From Giardia intestinalis (taxonomy: Eukaryota): a stretch of 64,000 nt of DNA. The stretch lies in NCBI GenBank assembly GCA_000002435.2, contig CM018791.1. One strand, given 5' to 3'. Made by a program: the position numbers and the translations under genes. A model generated the notes under the pieces. The model was not told where the DNA came from, made no database searches, and was given only the letters and a program-made list of their open reading frames with translations. Below are positions 59,613-64,000 of this stretch, one piece after another. The first letter of the stretch is position 1; every line of letters starts with the position of its first letter.

Positions 59613-62120
59613 ATGATTGCTTCGGCCTTCCTCCTCCTTTTCTATGCCAACACTCTTGCCCAGAATATCGGGCAAGATTTTTCTATCCTGGTAACTGCCA
59701 ATACTCCCACAGATGTTTCGCTAACCTTTAAAGAGGCCCTTCCAAACCTTGTTCCTATTCACAACAGCATCAGCATCGCATCTACTGTCCCTGTATCGGT
59801 TGTAATTCTTATGCTGGATTCCAATGACGAAAGCATTTACACTAAGACTGTTGAAGGAACAGCGATCTTTGAGTACAACATTTATCTGGAGCAGACAGGT
59901 GCATACAATCTTCGGCTGACCTCAAATGTCACGACCACACTTAAGGTGCTTGTTGAGCCCTTGCATCAGGAGTACCTTGGAGCAATTAATATTAGATCAA
60001 ACGAGCGTGTAGTTTACATCAAGGAGTTCTTGACGCTGGAGTCTGCAACCATCCTCTTAACGCATATACCCTCGGGGGTGACTGTGCACTACACTGTCTG
60101 CAACGGGGCTCCATCGAACCCTGTCCTGAGTCCCGGAGTGTGCAGCTCCTCTGCAAAGGTTGTTGCAAGTGACGGACAGGCGCTATTCTTCTTCCACGCA
60201 AAGACCGTGTTTCCAATCAGTGAACAGGTCGGCTCCAATATATGGTTATACACTTTCGAGTTTGATTTACCCAACCCCCTGACGGAAGCTGCTGCAGGCT
60301 CCATCACCTTCCTTAGTGTGAGAAAGCTAGACAGCGATACTGTGACCAACATCACATACCCTCTGCAGCTCGATGGTGAGTTCGTTTCCATTTCAGCCTT
60401 CGACTCCATCTCTGTTGTGTATAAAAATGATGTTCTTGTCACCCCGCAGCTTCTCCTTGAAGTATCTCTGCCATCTGAGTTTGTTATTACCAATATTTGT
60501 GTAAGCCATATCTCACCCTTTAACAACTGCGCGCCCGTGAAGACTGACTCTGCGTCTGTAAAGTTATCCATACCACTACCTGATTTTAAGCCAAGTACCC
60601 TCTACTACTTAGCCGTCTTTTGTGTGCTGACAAGTGACCAGCGCGAAAGCACCGTGGGGATCACCTCAGTGAAGCTAACAATGGCTACAGAAATAGAGCC
60701 AACGCCCATTGACTCCACATCTCCGGCTGCGTATAAGATGCTATGGTATGATGACACCGTCTATGATAAGCTTTTCTCTCCTTCACGACAAATTCACTTA
60801 AAACTCACAATCCCGAACACAGGGCTTCTTTTCGAGGGAGCTGATATCTATGTTGACTATCATCCTGCTACTCCCACAGAGATAGACGCTGACGGCCTTT
60901 GTCGGTATTCCACGAGGATAACGTCTGCTGATACTCAGACCATTTACTACTATGACATTCTTCACAATATGCACATGTATAAGGCTAGACCGGGAACATA
61001 CTACATTATCCTACATCCACACCTGATGTGCCTGAATACAGGGAAGATGTCGGTTCTGGAAGCCACCGTCTTCATCAAGATGTTCTCGACTAAAACGACT
61101 TTCAATCAAACGCAGTTAATAGAACGACATCAGCTCACAGTTGGGCTACTCTTTAGCCCTGCAGCCAGGCCCCTTGACCAAGTTGCAGACCCCTTGAAAC
61201 TAAACTTGTCACCGTTCCTGATACCATTCTCGGCAATAGCGGCAACAGAGGAGCTGACCCTATTCTACAACAGAGAATACGCAGATGACAACACCATTTG
61301 CTTCGAGCTGGCTCTGGGATCCCATGTCGATTTGCTTATCTCTGAAGTGACCAGGTACACTACCTTTGCTACCAACCAATCTGTGTACATTAAAAGCCTA
61401 AGCATAAAACCCAACTGTTTCAGCGTCTCAAAGAGCGCCACTAACACGCTGAGTGATAGTGCCCTGAGTACCGTTTTGAAACTCCAGATACACTCCACTA
61501 ATACGCTAAGCACTACAGCGCCTAGCGCCACCCTCTTCTGTGTCTACTCCTTACCAGCTGTCATTAAGGAATATATAATAATGCCAGCTAATCCTGCCTT
61601 TAGTGTCGTTTTCCCGGATAAATCCAAAATGGTGATGAGTTTTAGAGCCCTTTCGTCGCTTGTCTCTAACGTTAAAATAAAATACAGCATATTTATCATT
61701 CCAGTGGGAAGAGAAAATATCAATCCGGTGCCAACAACCTTTTGTGGCGTTCTTACAGCCATCACGCATGCATTAAATCCGGCCTGGAGGCAGCCTATTT
61801 TCAATTTGACTAGCAGTGTTGAGAAGCAAGACTATATTATTGCAAACATTCCTCTTTCACAGTTCCCCATAGGGACAAACCCCCTTACTCAGGAGTACAA
61901 CGCCTTTGTAATTGTAGAGGATGTTCTGGCAGGGACAACCGGTCTTTATATCAGCAGCAGGATCAAGTATGCTAAGATTAAGTTAACCAAACCAATTGTC
62001 ATTCAGTTGGGTATATCCTGTTCTATTATTATTCTCTCTGTGATAGGAATTATTATTACGGCCATCTTTTGCGGGCGCATGCTTAACGTGCATTACAGAC
62101 AAAAGCGCGTATTAGTGTGA
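59613..62120 (+). CDS. Novel type I membrane protein (835 aa) with a signal peptide, a Ser/Thr/N-glycosylation-site-rich ectodomain, one C-terminal TM segment and a short basic tail.
   Basis: Signal MIASAFLLLFYANTLAQ. TM IVIQLGISCSIIILSVIGIIITAIFC followed by GRMLNVHYRQKRVLV. Divergent from the HCMP, with a 149-bp spacer. Confidence 0.6.
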   Translation: MIASAFLLLFYANTLAQNIGQDFSILVTANTPTDVSLTFKEALPNLVPIHNSISIASTVPVSVVILMLDSNDESIYTKTVEGTAIFEYNIYLEQTGAYNLRLTSNVTTTLKVLVEPLHQEYLGAINIRSNERVVYIKEFLTLESATILLTHIPSGVTVHYTVCNGAPSNPVLSPGVCSSSAKVVASDGQALFFFHAKTVFPISEQVGSNIWLYTFEFDLPNPLTEAAAGSITFLSVRKLDSDTVTNITYPLQLDGEFVSISAFDSISVVYKNDVLVTPQLLLEVSLPSEFVITNICVSHISPFNNCAPVKTDSASVKLSIPLPDFKPSTLYYLAVFCVLTSDQRESTVGITSVKLTMATEIEPTPIDSTSPAAYKMLWYDDTVYDKLFSPSRQIHLKLTIPNTGLLFEGADIYVDYHPATPTEIDADGLCRYSTRITSADTQTIYYYDILHNMHMYKARPGTYYIILHPHLMCLNTGKMSVLEATVFIKMFSTKTTFNQTQLIERHQLTVGLLFSPAARPLDQVADPLKLNLSPFLIPFSAIAATEELTLFYNREYADDNTICFELALGSHVDLLISEVTRYTTFATNQSVYIKSLSIKPNCFSVSKSATNTLSDSALSTVLKLQIHSTNTLSTTAPSATLFCVYSLPAVIKEYIIMPANPAFSVVFPDKSKMVMSFRALSSLVSNVKIKYSIFIIPVGRENINPVPTTFCGVLTAITHALNPAWRQPIFNLTSSVEKQDYIIANIPLSQFPIGTNPLTQEYNAFVIVEDVLAGTTGLYISSRIKYAKIKLTKPIVIQLGISCSIIILSVIGIIITAIFCGRMLNVHYRQKRVLV

Positions 62121-62130
62121 CTGGCCCAGG

Positions 62131-62137
62131 AGTAAAT
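62131..62137 (+). promoter_or_regulatory. Polyadenylation signal AGTAAAT, 11 nt after the stop of 59613..62120.
   Basis: Exact AGTAAAT. The stop TGA is at 62118-62120. Confidence 0.55.
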
Positions 62138-62172
62138 GTCTCTACATCGTATGAGTGAGTTTAAAATTTGAA

Positions 62173-63582
62173 ATGAGCGATGAGCAGCCAGTTCAGCTCG
62201 GACAGTATGAGGTTTCGGAGCTGTTAGGGTCAGGGGCTTTTGCAAAGGTGCGCTTGGCAACCAGGAAGGATACGGGGAAGAAGTATGCAGTGAAGATCAT
62301 CAAGAAAGTGGGGCTATCTCAAAGAGCTGCCGACCGCCTAAACCTTGAGATTGCTGTCACAAAGGGCATTTCACACCCAAACGTCATAAAGATGCACGAA
62401 GTCATCGGGACGTCTTCAAAGTTCTGGCTGGTGATGGACTACCATGCCAACGGGGAGCTTCTAAAACACATGAAGACAAAATTGTCAGACGATCAGGCAT
62501 TTGACTACTTTATCCAGATAGCGTGCGCTCTTCGGTACTGTCACAGATTCGGGATTTGTCACCGAGACCTAAAGTTTGAAAATGTCCTGGTGGCGAATGA
62601 TGGGCATCTCGTGATAACTGACTTCGGTCTGGGAGCTATTTCTTACAACCCTGACAAGACCTTTTACTCACAGGCAACCTTCTGCGGCTCAACCCATTAC
62701 ATTGCTCCAGAGGTATCCTCTGGAAGCAGGTACGATGGGCGCAAATCGGATATCTGGTCCTTGGGAATCATGCTCTATGCCATGCTGATCGGCAAGCTGC
62801 CTTTCCCATCAGATAACTACGAGGTCCTTGTGGAGTCCATGCTTAATCGTCGCTATGACCCTATCCCTTCCTTTGTTAACGACCAGGCCAAGAACTTGCT
62901 GGAGGCGCTGCTGGAACCAGATCCTCGGACGAGACCCGACTGGAGGGAAATATTCAATTACCCGTGGATTGCATCGCGAGTCGCACTAGTGGATGAAGCT
63001 GGGCATACGGTGGACAAGTTCCCTAGTGAGATTACTGATACGGGTGTGCTCTGCAGAGTCATGCGAAAGAAGAAGGTGCATATGGAGATACCCCTTCATC
63101 CAAACAAGAAGTCGTACTCTGTCCTCTCCAACATACATGCTGCCTTAATGCAAACAAACAGCGCCCCAAGTACGGCTCAGCCTGTTTCTGATGAGGGATT
63201 CACCTGCCCCAGCTGTGGAAACATTGTGGTACCCCCTAAAACCGCCGATATAGCCAGCTACTCTGTCAAGAAGGCCATCATGATTTCAGACATAAGCATA
63301 TCAGATGCGCTGATTCTAGCTGCGTACGGTGTCAGAAAGGTGACGAAGAAACCGGTTGTGGTCTATCCTCACGAGTTTCGAGCAAGCTCGGACGTTCAGC
63401 TGATGGAAGCCCGCGTGTTCGGCACTCAGAAACTGGTCATCCTTATTGGTACTAACGACGCGGAGATGTACACGACGGTCAGTACTGTTCTGACAAACTT
63501 GGCAGCAGATAAGGCAAAGTTGTCTGCCATTACCCTAGGCCGAATTAATGACGTCTCAGTTGTTTGCGAAGATGCACGGTGA
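62173..63582 (+). CDS. CAMK-like (CAMKL/AMPK-related) Ser/Thr protein kinase, predicted active. The track start is GTG at 62155; the real ATG is at 62173 (MSDEQ).
   Basis: LGSGAFAKV, YAVKII, HRDLKFENVL, DFG, APEV and DIWSLGIMLYAML. AT-rich agtttaaaatttgaaATG. Confidence 0.8.
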   Translation: MSDEQPVQLGQYEVSELLGSGAFAKVRLATRKDTGKKYAVKIIKKVGLSQRAADRLNLEIAVTKGISHPNVIKMHEVIGTSSKFWLVMDYHANGELLKHMKTKLSDDQAFDYFIQIACALRYCHRFGICHRDLKFENVLVANDGHLVITDFGLGAISYNPDKTFYSQATFCGSTHYIAPEVSSGSRYDGRKSDIWSLGIMLYAMLIGKLPFPSDNYEVLVESMLNRRYDPIPSFVNDQAKNLLEALLEPDPRTRPDWREIFNYPWIASRVALVDEAGHTVDKFPSEITDTGVLCRVMRKKKVHMEIPLHPNKKSYSVLSNIHAALMQTNSAPSTAQPVSDEGFTCPSCGNIVVPPKTADIASYSVKKAIMISDISISDALILAAYGVRKVTKKPVVVYPHEFRASSDVQLMEARVFGTQKLVILIGTNDAEMYTTVSTVLTNLAADKAKLSAITLGRINDVSVVCEDAR

Positions 63583-63673
63583 CCTTTGTGCACTCATTGA
63601 CCCAATCCAAACATCAGCTAGCGTTTCAATGTAAACCAATTACAAAAATACCAAAAGCTAGCTCTTTTGTTTC

Positions 63674-64000
63674 ATGAGCAACAGCAGGGTACGTGCGTCC
63701 CAACTGGGGCATGAGCCGACATGCTTCGTCCTGGCCTTTGGTGGCGGCCCCAGCTTCGATCAGGCTGAGCTGGTCGCTAAAATCCATTCAATTGTGAGCA
63801 ATGCAGTTTTCATCCGGAGCACCCCTTATGGGCCAATATTCGGCCTGGAGAATGAAGTGGACCTCCTTATACTGATCCGGTCAAGCCCCATAATCCTTCG
63901 TGACGGACGGATGATAGGCTTTTGTCCTCCCGTTGAATTTGAGGGTATAGTGCAGTATGCCACACCTTACAGACAGCTTTCGGTCTACTCCGGCACAGGA
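63674..64000 (+). CDS. Hypothetical protein, 5' part only, running off the right edge and absent from the ORF track.
   Basis: ATG at 63674 with the AT-rich initiator ccaattacaaaaataccaaaagctagctcttttgtttcATG. The open frame MSNSRVRASQLGHEPTCFVLAFGGGPSFDQAELVAKIHSIVSNAVFIRSTPYGPIFGLENEVDLLILIRSSPIILRDGRMIGF... continues to the window end, while the other frames stop quickly. Confidence 0.5.
   Translation, partial: MSNSRVRASQLGHEPTCFVLAFGGGPSFDQAELVAKIHSIVSNAVFIRSTPYGPIFGLENEVDLLILIRSSPIILRDGRMIGFCPPVEFEGIVQYATPYRQLSVYSGTG

Noticed and set aside
1-64000. Prokaryotic defence, CRISPR or mobile-element systems
   Set aside because: The window is eukaryotic (Giardia-like): long ATG ORFs with eukaryotic kinases, proteasome, Mre11 and ankyrin families. 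There are no CRISPR-like repeats and no transposase or integrase motifs. The only repeat found is an in-frame 66-bp coding repeat at 1..111.

Overview
The window reads as a compact, intron-poor nuclear region of a Giardia-like diplomonad. Several gene families point that way: ankyrin-repeat 'protein 21.1'-type repeats (TALMxAAxNGHxxxVxLL), two NEK kinases fused to that ankyrin block, a high-cysteine membrane protein with ~40-aa CxxC-rich repeats, an SF-assemblin/giardin-like coiled-coil protein, AT-rich initiators directly upstream of ATGs, AGTAAAT polyadenylation signals 10-20 nt past stops, GC around 50%, and intergenic spacers of 5-300 bp. I call about 33 protein-coding genes on both strands, including one truncated gene at each edge that the ORF track misses because they have no in-window stop. 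The clearest calls are: 26S proteasome ATPase Rpt2 (N-myristoylation start MGNAFS), Mre11 nuclease, branched-chain aminotransferase, a deoxynucleoside-kinase-family P-loop kinase, an LCAT/PDAT-family lipase, a Cid1/Trf4-type nucleotidyltransferase, an NME7-like DM10 plus NDK protein, a papain-family cysteine protease, an Aa_trans amino-acid transporter, a CAMK-like kinase, an active NEK with ankyrin repeats, a NEK pseudokinase with ankyrin repeats, and a 1708-aa pseudokinase/helical-repeat protein. There are also TPR, Pumilio-like, cyclin-like and RRM-like proteins and many lineage-specific hypotheticals. The ORF track uses TTG/GTG starts for several ORFs, and I corrected those to the first plausible ATG. 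This is eukaryotic DNA, so no prokaryote-style defence or mobile system is expected, and I found none. The most unusual things are: a 2.3-kb ORF-free island with a GC-rich core in an otherwise saturated gene map; a head-to-head paralogous gene pair whose ATGs are 2 nt apart; catalytically dead kinases; a pair of bacterial-type metabolic genes side by side; an LCAT-like enzyme whose catalytic triad is split by a giant insert; a divergent HCMP/novel surface-protein pair; and several overlapping or 7-20-nt convergent 3' ends.
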